From Iphione sp. A-MEVVRFRX5 (lineage: Eukaryota), in NCBI GenBank assembly GCA_976226885.1, contig OZ320315.1, forward strand, positions 43,090,001 through 43,154,000: a stretch of DNA of 64,000 nt, given 5' to 3'. This document shows, in pieces, positions 1 to 13,890 of the stretch. The notes under the pieces are model-generated. The model was not told where the DNA came from. It searched no databases and saw only the letters and a program-made list of their open reading frames with translations. The position numbers and the translations under genes were made by a program. The first letter of the stretch is position 1. Each line of letters starts with the position of its first letter.

Positions 1-1632
1 TCAGAGGAATAAATCTTTAAGCCCATTGACTGTATATTTCTAGGACTTAATCCTCTCTAAGTAGGTACTCAAGACGGTCGGGTTTATCGTCTCTGCCTAC
101 ATGCAGGAGGCCCAGGACAAATGGAAACGTCTGTCTCTTTTTTTACCACTCCCATGAACATGTCTACCTGTCTAATGAACGCCCGATTGTTTTAACACTC
201 TAGTAACCACCGATACATCGGATATTAGTATAAATGTAGTTTTTTTGGACGATGGATAGGATGCATTCTGTTCGATATTGTTGTAGTGACCTCAAAGACA
301 ACGACGCACATGATCCTGACCAGACTTGACTTTGGTCTCGGATGAAACTAGTACGTGTACATTGTCACCGGCCTGCTCATTGTTTGTCTTCACAGATCAT
401 CTCTGTTACTTCTGTATTATTCGTGTTTGCCGTCTTCGGGAAGGACAGTTTACCAACGACAGTGTGCCATATACATCCACATATCCACATGCATTCTAGA
501 TATTTCCAAAGAGTATCCTTTGGTATGAATACACAGGCACGCACAGTATAGGCACTTTCTCACTTTGTACATGTACGGAGGCATACATATAGAAGAATGA
601 GTTTCTATATTTGGTTAGAACAAGAAGATGTCTGAAGATGTCTAAGTTAAAAACAAATGCGTGTGTACTTGTAAAGCGTGGGATGGCGCCGTCCCCCGTC
701 TACCCTCACTACCCACTCGAAGCGTAACATGGATCATTTTACTGTCCTTCCTCGTAGAGAGAGTAGATATATCTAAGTGCAAGTATACATGTAATACTCT
801 CGCAAGTTGTTTAGCCTTCTCTGATAACGATGTATGAGAAAAACCTCCATGAACAATACTGTCTCCGTGTCACATAAATACATTTCTATCCCCGGTAGGT
901 TATGCAGAACCCAGCAACACACGCAACAGATACAAAATTTGCTTTATTTTTCATTTATCAGTGATCTGTATCAATATTCATTGAAGACCAGTCTTCTCAC
1001 AAGCATAGCAAATGTAATTTTCTTGTTATGCCTAGCCATGATCCACTGTACATATTATGTACAGTGAAGCATGGCCAGAGGACCTCCATTTAGGAAGGAG
1101 TAGAGAATGTTATAACATGCTCTATTTGATATGGACTACTTTTTGTCTGCAATAGCAATCAAGTACATAACCTAAACTTGACGAATAGAAGCACAGATTC
1201 TCCTTATGTAACAGATACATAAACCAAAGCTTATGGAGGTGTTGATGCAGAACACCACATAATACCAAAACTTCCAAACCAAAAAAAAAGGTCAATTCTC
1301 CCTTTTGATACAGAGGAGAAAATCCACCAGATGAAATGCTTGTTTAAGGAGAAACCATCAATTCCAAAAGTCCTATGTCTGTAAATTTTCTTGATGGGCA
1401 GGGTAGATTATAATACGCACACATTTTCTGAAAAAAATGACATATAATTTCATACATGTTTACAAATACATGTATACTTTGTGGTGATCGCATACTGCAA
1501 TCATTTAATTTTGTCTTGGGACGGAAGAGTGTTCCAGCTGCTGTGATCCGTATCTTAATTTGGCTTTTCATCTTAGTTGAGACATGGTTGTAATGTCTTG
1601 CAGATTTCAGTTGCACAATAAGATTTTAAGAA

Positions 1633-1862
1633 GTTTCCATGCACGCATGTCAGAATGCACATCCGTGCATGTTTCAGTGCATATTTTTTTGAAACTATGA
1701 TTAACATGATGAGTGTACCCATGTAAGTGTGTCAGTGTGTGTCTGTGCATGCCCATGTGTAGCCATGTTTGAAAAATGGAACAGGTCCCATATCAGCTTA
1801 ATAGAAACATACCTGTGCATGGTCTCACATGGACAGACACGCCAACATGCGTGCATGGGAAC
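1633..1862. repeat. Small inverted-repeat element (possible old MITE)
   Basis: GTTTCCATGCACGCATGT (1633-1650) vs ACATGCGTGCATGGGAAC (1845-1862), 17/18 complementary. No TSD established. Confidence 0.4.
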
Positions 1863-3829
1863 CCAGCCTAAATCTTGAAAATTTGTGAAATAAGTTTGCC
1901 AGCATATTGAAATCTTAACCTGAGACCTCATTGGTTAATCAAATGACATACAATTAGGCACATAAAAGCACATACATGTCAAAGAGCAGGGAAACCTAAA
2001 TAAAAATGTACCTTCTTGCAACCTAATACTTGTGTCACCTCTCTTCTTGAACAAGCAAGAACAAACAAGAGCATTCCTCCAGCTGTAACGTTATTCTTGA
2101 TTTACTTGCTACCATATAATCAACTCATGCTTACTGAGCACTCTGTTTACAAATATTCCTCATATCCAAATGTATTCTAAAAGAACGATAAGACATAAAA
2201 TATATTATTACAATTTCCTTTCTCAAATGTTTCCTTTTGTTGAAATAAAATTCTCAGAAACAGATATTGTCCAGTAAACATAGGCTGACCGTATATTCTT
2301 TATATGAATGCAGTAAAGAGGGTAATGAATGTGATCAGTTACTTACTATCACTTAATCAATTTATTGTGACCTTTTATATGTGACTCATGTTGTCCTAAT
2401 AGCTGGTATATGATTGTGGCTTCAAGCTACTCTCTACCATAAACTTCAAATGGAGGGTTTTATCTGTAGACTGGCAAGACGTCTTGAGCATACATGTAGG
2501 GTAATAAAAATGTGGATGGATGTGGCTGTGGTACTGACATTGTACTAGGCATTTCACATCATTTTCTCCTCCTGTTTTTCCTTCTCCGCCTCCTCTTCTT
2601 CCTTATGCTCTCTCTCCACTGTCACTCACTGCTAGCTGCTTCTCTGACAACAGCTTCTATCGCTGTAACTAATGTGGAAACCTATTGTGCAGGTAGACCT
2701 GCATTAGTTACTTGGGTATTTACATATATGTATTTTATAAGTTACTTGTGTACTTGACTTATCTGATGGAATTAAATGTATCTGGGACCTGTCCCTAGCT
2801 GTGTAAAAAATAATGTATATGCAGTTGTGCATAGAACTGTCAACTCTGTCACTCAGGTGTATGAATAGACCTCAAGAATCACACACATTAGACCTCAAGA
2901 ATCACACACATCAGAAATTCAGTAGAGCTAATCAAATGGGACACCCAAGTTGAGAATTTTAGAGGTCTCTCTATATTTTCTATTAATGTAAATGGATTCT
3001 CAGAAAAGGGTTTTTAAGAAATTGAAATTATTCGACTGCCATGTAAATAATAATACCAAAATCAGTTTCAATCATATATTAACCATTGCAACGGACATTT
3101 GATGCTAATGAAAACATACAGTTATGAAGGAGTATTAAGTTAATTTATTTGTTTATCCTATCAAGCCTTTATGGTCATTACTTGTTATATATACATATAG
3201 ACCAACACTAACACAGAGTGGAGTGAAACGAAGCTCTCTTTATTCATGACATAAAAATATAAACTTTCGTGGAGAATGCATTATGATACACGAAACGTCT
3301 TGGATAGAACAACATTGCTTGGTAACTCCATGGAGACATACATACATAAACCTGGCAACAACCAAAGGGAAGTGTTTGTGTCTATATTCATATATACGTC
3401 ATATATATCATATATGGTCGGTTTTTATATCCTAGTGAAAAGTTATACCATGGAATGCTACTCCCAGGACTTATGGTGAGAATAGCTATTTCCTCCCGGG
3501 GGGGGGGGCTTAAGGGTTTCAGTAATATTTCAATGTATTCCATCTACTTCACTTAATTGTCATTGTTAGAACTGCATTTAGGTACGTCACAGAATTATAA
3601 ATAAGTCTGTGACGTATGTCACTTTGTTGATGGGGAAAGATAATGCTGCTATATTTAATTATACAACTGTTTGGTATGTATTTGAGCTCATTAAATTTAC
3701 GTCACTTTACTGTGATTTGATGCAAAAATTTGCACAGCCATTCAAACCACTTCTAGTTATCCCATTTGGCTGAAACAAAGTTAAGTTTTGCTGTGAAATC
3801 GAAGTAAAAATGAAACATTTTTACTGCAA

Positions 3830-4300
3830 GACGTCGTTACATGTTTGATTGAAATTACACAATTATAGGTACATACACAAATATAATGAACATATAGTAA
3901 GTCTAGCAAGAATCTATAATTTAAGTAACATTATAAAAATCTGAAAAAAAAGAGAAAGGGGGTGATGTCAGAGGGGGGTCCCCCACATTGATGAAAGGAA
4001 AAATAGGAATATTTCTGGAGGTTATGCTAAAGATGCATTCAATTTATGAAAAGATGGCAAACATTTCCGGAGGTAGGGCTAAAGATGCATTGAGTTGATG
4101 AAAAATGGCATTTCACTGGAGGTTTGGCTAAAGATGCATCAAACTTACAAGAAAGTGGCAAATATTTTTGGAGGTTTTGTTAAACATGGCACTCATTTAT
4201 GAAAAATAGCATTATGAAAAAAGGAAAGAATAGGGGGATGGGGGACTCCCCCACATTAATTAAAGGGAAAGTATTTTTTCAATCAAATATCTAACAATGA
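3830..4300 (+). repeat. Interspersed repeat with ~58-bp internal tandem units; inverted homolog at ~19660-20040
   Basis: GGAGGT...GCTAAAGATGCAT units repeat about 4 times. AAGAATCTATAA...AAAAAAAGAGAAAG.GGG...CCCCCACATT matches the reverse complement of ~19900-20000. Confidence 0.7.
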
Positions 4301-6354
4301 TCTATCCTTTAACAAAGAACAATATGAATGATGAATGATTTATTTAGGAGAATAAACCCACCACCCTGGAAGGAATAGCTATTCCCTCCAATGACTCGGA
4401 TTTGTGTCTTGTAAACCTGGAATAGGCCCTTATTCCACCTGGAGGTTTCATTCCACAGAATACATATATATTGATCTAAAAACCGGCCATATGATCAAAT
4501 AACAGTGTTGTAAAAGATATACTGTATATTCATATTCACATATATATGTACACATGTATATAAGAACGTCCAATATATCAGTGGAATAGTACATGTAAAT
4601 GAAATGGAAATCATTCCTAGAGATATTGTATGATATGGACAAACGGTCGATGTGGAAAGCATTATATAAACTCAGTGTTACGTAAATATTATCTACTATA
4701 AGGACAATTATATATCGCAGTGTAAGCGAAGTATGGTAAAAAAATGTACTTTTATTTTGTCAGTGTTTTAACAAAATGAACTTCCGGCGACCTGAACATA
4801 AATCAAACGCTCCTTCCTAAGTAACTGGTGAATGTCACTTTGTTTCAGAGTCCATTTAGTAACACTGGCTCATTGTGTCTACTCCGCATCATGTTGGCAG
4901 CATGCTTCTAAGCCTAACACGTCTATGTTTACTCAGCACTGTGTCGAAATGGCGAGTAATGGCTTCTGCTGGGTGGTCTGTGGAGTTGGGCTTAAAACGA
5001 ATGATTGAATGCTGATTGGAGCTGCTTATTTATTGCATGTGTGGGTTGATCGAACGATAATCTGATAATTATGGCCATTTCTGCAATGCACGTATTAAAA
5101 TAAAGATACTTACCTTTGTGTAAGGGGCATAATAGATTCTTTTAATTTGCCACTAATTATACGGTCTATCACCGGCTACCAGCAATATTGAGTAGGAGTT
5201 TTCAATTGATTATATCTCTGGAATTGCATTCAACACACATTAGTCCATGACTTAAAGCTAAAATTAGACGTTGGAAGAACCCAGTCAGAGGTTGATTTGG
5301 TACAATTTGTTACCTGTAGATCGCGCCGCGGTCTTTTTTTCAGGGTCGTCTCGGTTTAGACGGCTTTGTGAGTTTGTCGCACGCAAGGTCTCTACCCTCT
5401 CAAATTTAATAACATCCCCCCATTCCTTACATTCATTTCTGTACTCTATCAAAACATCCGTCTGGCTCACTTCAAATACTCTTGACTCTAATACAATTTC
5501 TTTTCAAAATAATGGTGGAGACATGTTGTCCTTCCCTGAAGATATACCCTCCTCCAAAGGGATTTGCTTTATATGTGTCGTCCCGCCATTGTTATTGTAT
5601 ATTACTCCACACAGATATAGGACTTGAGTGTGAACTATTGATTGTTTTTCGGTTTAACTTGTGCTACGCCTGAAAATCTATATCGTCTGGCTTAACCGTA
5701 TTCTCATAGCAACCTTGAACGAGAGAACAATAGGGTTTGGGCGGGACTGATGTACCCCTGTAGTGTTTATTGGGTGGTGGAATTTATTGATATGAAACTT
5801 TGGGTCAAGTGGAGGAGGAGGGGCTGCGAGCGGATGTTAGGTTTTGTAGTGCGATAGTTGCCATGGAAAGCGTCGACTGTTTTTTCTTGGAATATACCAA
5901 GTCTATGAGGCTCGTGCATGCACTAGAACTCGAGATGCATTAATCATGAAAGTGTTGTAGTCTTCGTGTAAGAGACCTCTCAGACTATGATTAAATTGTA
6001 CGTGAAAGCTCGAATGGTTGATTAGATGGTTGTTGCTGCTCTCCCGTTCAGGCATCATTAATTCGTGCACTGTAATGGTTTTCATTGGTTCGTTATAACT
6101 CTGTTGGATTTTTAAATTAACTGAATAATTACGTTGCATGTACGTAATTTTCGACAGATGCATTCTTCAATGGGTTTCAGTGTTTTGTCTGAAAAGGACA
6201 TAAAATGATTAAATGATTAGAGTCCAATTAGCATCTGTGTAACGTATCAGTTGTATGGTCTCCATGACACCTGCGTGTGGACAATGTGTGTGGTCGTAAA
6301 ATGTAACCTGAAGACTGGCACGTCTGAGTGTGAAGTAGCTGCTTCTACGCTTTA

Positions 6355-6984
6355 GGCCCGGTTTCCTTATCTGCGGAGAGCTGCGTGCGTTCCAGTGCGG
6401 AAAACGCACCCATTTTATGGTCCAGTTGATTTTAATGAAGGGTGTTCCTTATCTGCGGTGGTGTCCGTGTGCGTTGCTGTGCGGTGCCCGTTTTCGGACC
6501 CTTCCCGTAAATTCCACGCACACGGACGGCAACGCAGGGCAACCCACTGCTATTTCCTCATTTTGACTGAATTTGGCTGAATTTGGCTGACTTTTGACTG
6601 ATGATACCGCACATATCTGCACATTTCCGCACAAAATCGTTTTTTTCCCGAATTTTTCTGCACATTTTTGCCGGTTTTCGGCCGAATTTGCATGAAATAA
6701 GCTGTTTTTCGGCCGATTTTGCATGAAATTTGCCGGTTTTCGGCCGAATTTGCATGAAATACGCGTTTTTCGGGACAATTTGCATGGAATTTGCCGGTTT
6801 TCGGCGTTTTTTTGCCGTTTTTTCGTATTTTCCAGTCATAAAACGCACTGCTCCGCACTGCTCCGCACTGATTGTCAAAGGACACCCCTGTGCGTTTCAG
6901 TGCGGAAACACCTGCGGTTGCGTTTCCCGCACTGAAACGCACACGCATACCAACGCAGGTCGCCGCACATAAGGAAACCGGGCC
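6355..6984. mobile_element. PIF/Harbinger-type MITE (630 bp)
   Basis: TIR GGCCCGGTTTCCTTAT / ATAAGGAAACCGGGCC, with TTA on both flanks (6352-6354, 6985-6987). Internal ~20-bp CCGAATTTGCATGAAAT-type repeats. Confidence 0.85.
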
Positions 6985-9199
6985 TTAATATAAGAAGGAA
7001 AACGTCTCCGGTTGCCTTTTCTGTGAGTCACTGATCTTTGATCCGAAATGCATACCTTCTCACAAAGTTTGACTAAAAAGGCTACCACTGCCAGTCACTC
7101 ATGTCAACTAAGAATGCATCGGACTAAAAAAGCGACTATGGTTACGTATCTTGTCTGAGGCAATACAAGGCCCTTTCGCTTTGTTTTGCTTTACCTTCGC
7201 ACCCATTGATTCGTATCCCCGCTCTAGCTTGGTGGTTCCTTTGTACTCCATCTCGAGAGTCTTTGCGGCCTCACTGTCTTATATCATGAGTATACTCGCC
7301 TAGTATTGCTTGTGTCAGTGGCTCCAGCCACATAGCCACAGGCTTACAATTGCAGGCTGCATTCAGTCGCTATTTTAAACCTGATTCACACTGATAGTTT
7401 ACGCTGAACTAACGTATTTAGGACTACTTGCTGCATGCTAGCAGAGCTAGGAAAGCCTCTGCACAGATACTTATTTAAAAGGTGTCGCTTTGTGTTCTCT
7501 AAGTACGAATGTACACCTCATTCGGTAATTCACTCATCATAAACGTGCTGGATAGATCAGAAAAAAAGACAAATTTGTCAATGTGTAGGATCGAAGGAAA
7601 TTTAACTTGCTGACCCTTTAGGCTATGAGGAGTTTCGCCATTAGCATCTTCCATCAGGAAGTCGGCGACACATGCAAGGCAGGAAACTGTTGTTTTGACC
7701 TTTATAATTGCTAATCTAGGAGCACAAAAGTTTTCATGTGATCTAATCATGACTGTATTCGTTTGCTAAATAACGTAAAATATACTACATATACAACGCA
7801 TCAGGTGAAATATTTTTGGAAAGAGTAGAGCAAGTCATAATGGCAGTACTGATGATTGTACTGATTATTACTCTACATATATAAAACGTTGCCTGAAAAT
7901 AGGTCCGGCCATGAGACTGTCATCTCATACTGATATGGTTTTACAAAAACACAGTATCTATCTTACTGCAGGATATATTAGTATGTTGGTGGCCCAAAGA
8001 AAGATGTTTATTCTTATCTTTTGTATCTAGAATAACTCTTACTAAAACAGTATGATATATGTGGCACTATTTTCCTTACATTGAGTAGGAATACGTATGC
8101 CTATGTATGCACAGTCAAGCAGAAATGAGGGTTGTAACATGGTATCCCCAAACCTGTACTTTGACCCTCCCCCCCCAACTCTCCTCACATAGCTCTGACC
8201 CATCTCCGCCCACCCCTTAAAACCACACACACACACCACCCAACCAGTGCAGGTGCCGAAGGCGCTTGTTGAAGATAAAACACACTTATGTTTAATCTAT
8301 TTTTTACTGACACTACTTTGATGTTAATCTCTTAAAATGTGAATCTGGTTGAGGTAAGCTGCAAAAGTATTGTTTAAGACTTAATGGCCATGCATACATA
8401 CATGTACATTAGAACTTCTTCACATTGTCGTCGGCTCACCTAGGCTGTCGATATGCAATTCTGGTCAAATTGGCGGGGAACAGATCATTTCTCTATATAA
8501 TCTTATAATTGTGGCAAAACATTAAAAATGCAGTCACCCTGTGGTAGCTGTATATTGCGCACCAAAGCAACATACCATATTGACTATGGTTCAGTGTCAC
8601 TGCCCAAGGAGGTGGGGTTGGGGGTTCACTTCACCCTAGGGTATGTAGCAGCGATGAAAATCATTAGAATAACTTTAGAACAGTTTCAGGGTATGCTTAA
8701 TGATGTCTATAATGCAAGCTGCATACCTATAGACAATGCACAATTATTAACATGACACTGGAAATGAGGGGGTATACTGATGGTTGCAGCTTGAATATGA
8801 TTGGAATTGCAGTCAACAAGCCACCGCGGCCACTTTTGCTCGGAATGGTGTTAAAGTTCTACTGCATTTGCACTCTGTAGCTGTATGTCTTGAGACACAA
8901 GTCTGAATCTATGAAAAGAATCCTGCAGGTATCTATATGCATATCTACACATGATGAAAGTGTCTGTGGATCTGCTGAAAAACACATAGTACTATCCCCA
9001 TGTGTGCAAACCTTCCAGACCTGCCATTTTGTACATGGACATCGGAAGGACCACTCCAAGCAGTTAAGGTAGAATTATCCCCAAGCATGCAAACCCTCTG
9101 TACCTGTCACCTGACATGTGTGGGCAGAGCAGCAAACATGCCAGGCACCTGGACCTCATGCATGCCTGCAATAAGCCCAAAACCAGGTGAATAGACCTA

Positions 9200-9440
9200 A
9201 AAGAATGCAAATATCAGGCAAACGTGGCCAGAAAATGGTGGAACTCAGGAAAATCATCCCCAAAAGAAAAAAATGCGGGCAACTTTGGCAGAAAAACAGG
9301 AATGTCAGGCAAATCGGCCAAAAACAGTACAATTCAGACAAATTTGGCTGAAAATGGGAAACAGGCATATTTGGCAAAAAAAAAGGGCAAACCTCAGGCA
9401 TATTTGGCTGAAAAATAGCAACCCTCAAGCATATTTGCCT
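9200..9440. repeat. Degenerate short tandem repeat (GGCA(A/T)ATTTGGC..AAAA)
   Basis: Repeated GGCATATTTGGC/GGCAAATCGGCC motifs followed by A-tracts. Confidence 0.6.
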
Positions 9441-12400
9441 GATATATGCCCATACAGACAGTGCACATAACCCATGCACATGGGGATAAGCCCTGCATCA
9501 GGTGACGGGGAGGTCTGGGCAGCCGGCTTCACATACCAGGTGGTGAACGGACAGTTTGCATGCATGGGGATAGCGCTTACATGCTCTTCTGATCTTCATG
9601 CATGTAAATCTGTAATGACACATAGATGAGCATGGAAATGCGGCTACTGGTGACAGGGGGATGTAAATAGGAGATAATGTATAAGCCAGGAGGCTCATTT
9701 TCTTGTAGAGATATATGAGTATAAGAGAGACATCATAAATAAAGTTCTCTTCTTTTCCATTGATGTACTGATGCGAAAAACAAAGCTCTGAGGACCTGTC
9801 CTTTTCTGTAAGAATGCAGGATCTACATTTGTTACGTGATATTTATATGATAAAGTGGCAAAAACACAGGATTTGCTCTTTCCACATACGTACATGACCT
9901 ATTAACAATAAATACAGACGCACAGACACATACATTATTCTTCTTTTTTCTACCATAACGTATACACAGATTCGTAAATCAAGCTACTGGCACCAAAACA
10001 TTGCCCCAGAAGACACAGCAACACACGGGAAAGGTATCAGAATATATCAGCTATAATGTCTAATATTTTTTACAGTCGTATTAATGAGAAAAATGGTACC
10101 AGTTGTGCCAGAATCAATCCCTCTCCAAACATATAATTTGTGTCCAAAAATACGTGTACGTGCATATGGATCTACAGTCATCTCTATCCACGCTATCACT
10201 TGTTTATTTCGTGTACACTCTATGCACAGACTGTGCACCTACATACTCCTGACTGTTGGGCATTAAATGAGAAATTACAGGCTTTTCTTCTGTATTTAAA
10301 GACTGCCATAAAAAACTAATGAGAATTTGATTTTCTGCCAGGAATTGTTTAAAGCAATGAAGATTTGTTCGCAGAACTCTATTAAACCGACGTTACTTTA
10401 ATTAATTGAACATTTTGTATGAAATTAAGAGACATTAGAGAGCTGCACTTGGAAAAAAGATATTGCAAGGCGGGGATTCGGTTGTCGAAACGTGAGGCTG
10501 AGTAGCACAAAGAAGGTATTGTAAGGTTTTATACGCTGACAGCTAACGCAGATGTTGACTGCCATGTAAGCGAGTATGCCTACAATGGACAGCATTTCTC
10601 AGTTGTGAAATTTACCCTATATTTCGCCAAGTATCATGTCAAATACCACACACCTCACCTACTTCTTTAGATTTCGGTCTGGCATAGTCTAGACAGACTC
10701 ACAATGCACATAAAAAGGAAAAATAAGCACAAATGTACACAGTGGGTTTCGAAACATTCTTATAATAATTCTTTTGTACCGAGGGAGAAAAATAAGGAAT
10801 TGTCCAGAACTGCTACAATCCACTCTGCTAAAACATTTTTGAAATCTTTATATGATTACAGCCATGTGTTCTTATTATTTTGAACAATCCATGTTCACAG
10901 TTGTAGAATTTGTTAGTCATCGAAGCATGATTGTACTGTTGGGGGAGAAAATATTCCAATATGGAAAACGTTTTATCCATCTGCACATGCACAGTCTCAC
11001 AAAAGGTTTCATACTTTGTTCACATTTCAAAAGATATCGTTCGCCAGCCATATAGATCTAGCCTGACTTCGACTCTAAGCAGGCGACAAAAAGTGTCAAG
11101 TGGAATAAAGATGGAAGCGATCCTGTATAGGTAGGTGTCAAGGGGGATGAAGTGGTAGAGATCCCTTCGCTAAATGATTCCCTTTTCATGAAAGCACGTT
11201 TAAATATTACTGTCAGATGAACGACTTGCAAGAAAAGATCAAATGTTGGTCAAACAGACCCCCTAAGAAGTAAAACGCATCTATCGTTACAGCCTTTCCA
11301 CAACTCACCATGCTTTATCCACCAAGCCGCCCTACCTTTTCATTCATGCCATTGTGCATTGTGTATTGACACACACGCTGGCATTCACGGACCCAGGGGT
11401 AAAATATAGTCAATATCACATCCACTTCAATGTGGAACTCATACATTCAATGATCTAGGGGAGAAAGACGACTCTCAAGTAGATATCGATGCGTCAAATT
11501 ACCCCATGGCTTTGTGGCTGTCGAGCAAAACAGCTGCCAAAGGAGCGCAACTTTATACGTGACGGTGGTCTTCCTACCCTCTCGATTCAGGCCATATTGT
11601 GAGCAGTGTTCAGCATGAATAGTACGAACTACAGGAGTTGAACACGTTGACAAGAGGGGGTGACAACCCAGGCCCTCCGAGTCCTCAGATCACCGTTGCC
11701 ATTGCTCTGCTTTATTTGTGTTTTTCTTCTCATTCCCTTAAAAAAAAGAGGGAAGCTGGACTTTCAGGTGGCGGGTGAAGGCATGACAAGCAATGTAAGA
11801 GGGTAGCACATGAAAGAGCTACCACACAAAGTATGGCAGTTCGGCACTGGACCCCCAAGAGTGTGCTTAGATAGCGGATAACCGGCGCCGTGTCTCCAGC
11901 GAGAAAAGGCTTTCGGAACACCAGCACAATGTGAGAGTATTTATTTTCCTCGTCACAAAAGAAACCGACAGAATGAGCTAATTCACTTAAAATGAGCCGG
12001 AAGTTGCGACTTTTTTCCCCTTACTTTTTCACACAACGATGTTGTGAATAATAGGTACAGGCTTCAGTGTTTTATTGGTGTGATAGCTCATTCTATTCGT
12101 TATCCTTGAACCAATAAATACCATGCGATTCTTTTAGTTCTTGATTTCGACAAATTTAACAGATGCTGTCAAAGGTTAAGTTATAGCGATTTAGAAATCG
12201 ATAAGGGATTTTATATGACTTTATTTCCCATTCGAACGTCTCTATGGTGTCGTTAACTGCACTGTTCACGTAGACAGGCACGTCCCATCAACGCTTCATG
12301 GCTGATTGCAAGAAATGCATCTGACCACCCACAATTACATCGCGCGATGTGGTCCAATCTAATAGTGAGGTGTAGAGGTGGGGAGATGTGTCAGCCGCCA

Positions 12401-13739
12401 GGCCTGTCTGGACTGACAGCTTCACCTGTCACACGCCTACATTAAACTGTAACACCAGCGCCCCTATCGGGGCAGTAAACTGAGGGGGGCAGCCTTGGTA
12501 CCTTCGGAGATTACAGCCTAGTATCAGGCCAACGGTGAACCTATGGAAAGCGACATATTCCCCTGCAAGTATTCAGTGGCGAATTCCGCTTCATGACACT
12601 TCTCTCTCTAGTGTACAACGTCTGTCCGTGTCATTTCTTGTAGAATATCCTCAGCAATTAAGATTCTATGACAATTTTGTTCCACTTGGATGTACTGTAC
12701 TTGTTACACTGTAGAGTAATATTTTCAGCTGTGCCCATCAGAGTACGATCGCTGAGGGGTGTGGATAGCAGACGACAGATGTGACCTTGTTTCCGGGTCG
12801 TTATGACATTTGGCAGTCGTCTTCAAGTGCTGCAAGCTTAGCAAGCAAAGATATATGAGACTATGTAGGTTGCCACCTGGCAAGGGATGTTTTCGCAAAT
12901 TGGCTAAATCTACTCAATCTTGTAGCGTATGTATATTCATTCTTACTGGCACCACTCGAAAGTAACCAGCATCCGAAACGAGTGCAATATCTTCCAAGTG
13001 TCATCAGTTAAATTTAAGAAGGGGTTTCTCACTGGCGGGTCCTTTTGGGCATCACTCAGTCTAGTCACTTACCCAACCCAATATTTTTTGCCTGTTTTCC
13101 AGTAGCAAAAAGGTTACAGTGTCGTTATCTGTTGAGGGCCCTTGAGTCAGGAGAAATCCCCTGAGAGGTTCCCGGCCGTCGTTTGACTAAAACGGAAGTG
13201 GCTTGTTTGTAAACTATGTGCGAGTCTCGCCTGGTAATGGCAAGCTTTGCCTGGCCACAGTGACCAGGGGGGTTTTAAAATGAAAAACTTACTTTCCTTA
13301 GCCATGTAAACTTTTACCAAACGATTGATTTTTTTTTCGATTTGTTCCCCGGATTCCATATTCAGACGCTATGTATAATAGATGCAGAATCATGAGCACT
13401 GCTGATCTCTACTGAAATATATAATACAGCGAGCAGCCAAACGCATACACCAACGTGGTCCACACAATCTGAAATCAGAGCAGTCAGGAGTATTGTACAG
13501 GCTATCACTTAGCCCCAGTTTCCATGTGTTCAGGTTTTCTTTTTGGACCCCACGTATGTGTATCCAGGAAAAAAATATCCTTTGGCTGTCACAAGGGTTG
13601 TTTCCTTGAGTCTGCATCTGATTTCTATCTTGATTCTGGCATCTGGAAATGTCCATGGACCAAAAACAGGCAGCGTCCATGGATTTACATATTATCTGGA
13701 CTCTGGACACACTAGTAGCATCAAACTGACAGTTTTTCT

Positions 13740-13890
13740 CAGGCAGTTTACATAGATTTGACAGGAATTCAGCAAGATCTACAGACAAAAACCAAAGAAT
13801 TTACATAGATTTAACAGAAATTGAATGAGATCTACACAAAAAACTGGATAGTTTACACAGATCTGACGGGAATTGAATGAGATCCGCAAA
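13740..13890. repeat. Degenerate ~50-55-bp tandem repeat
   Basis: TTACA(C/T)AGAT(T/C)T(G/A)AC(A/G)G(G/A)AATT recurs about 3 times. Confidence 0.6.

Noticed and set aside
6449-6972. Cluster of ORFs on both strands
   Set aside because: Lies inside the Harbinger-type MITE and derives from its internal tandem repeats.
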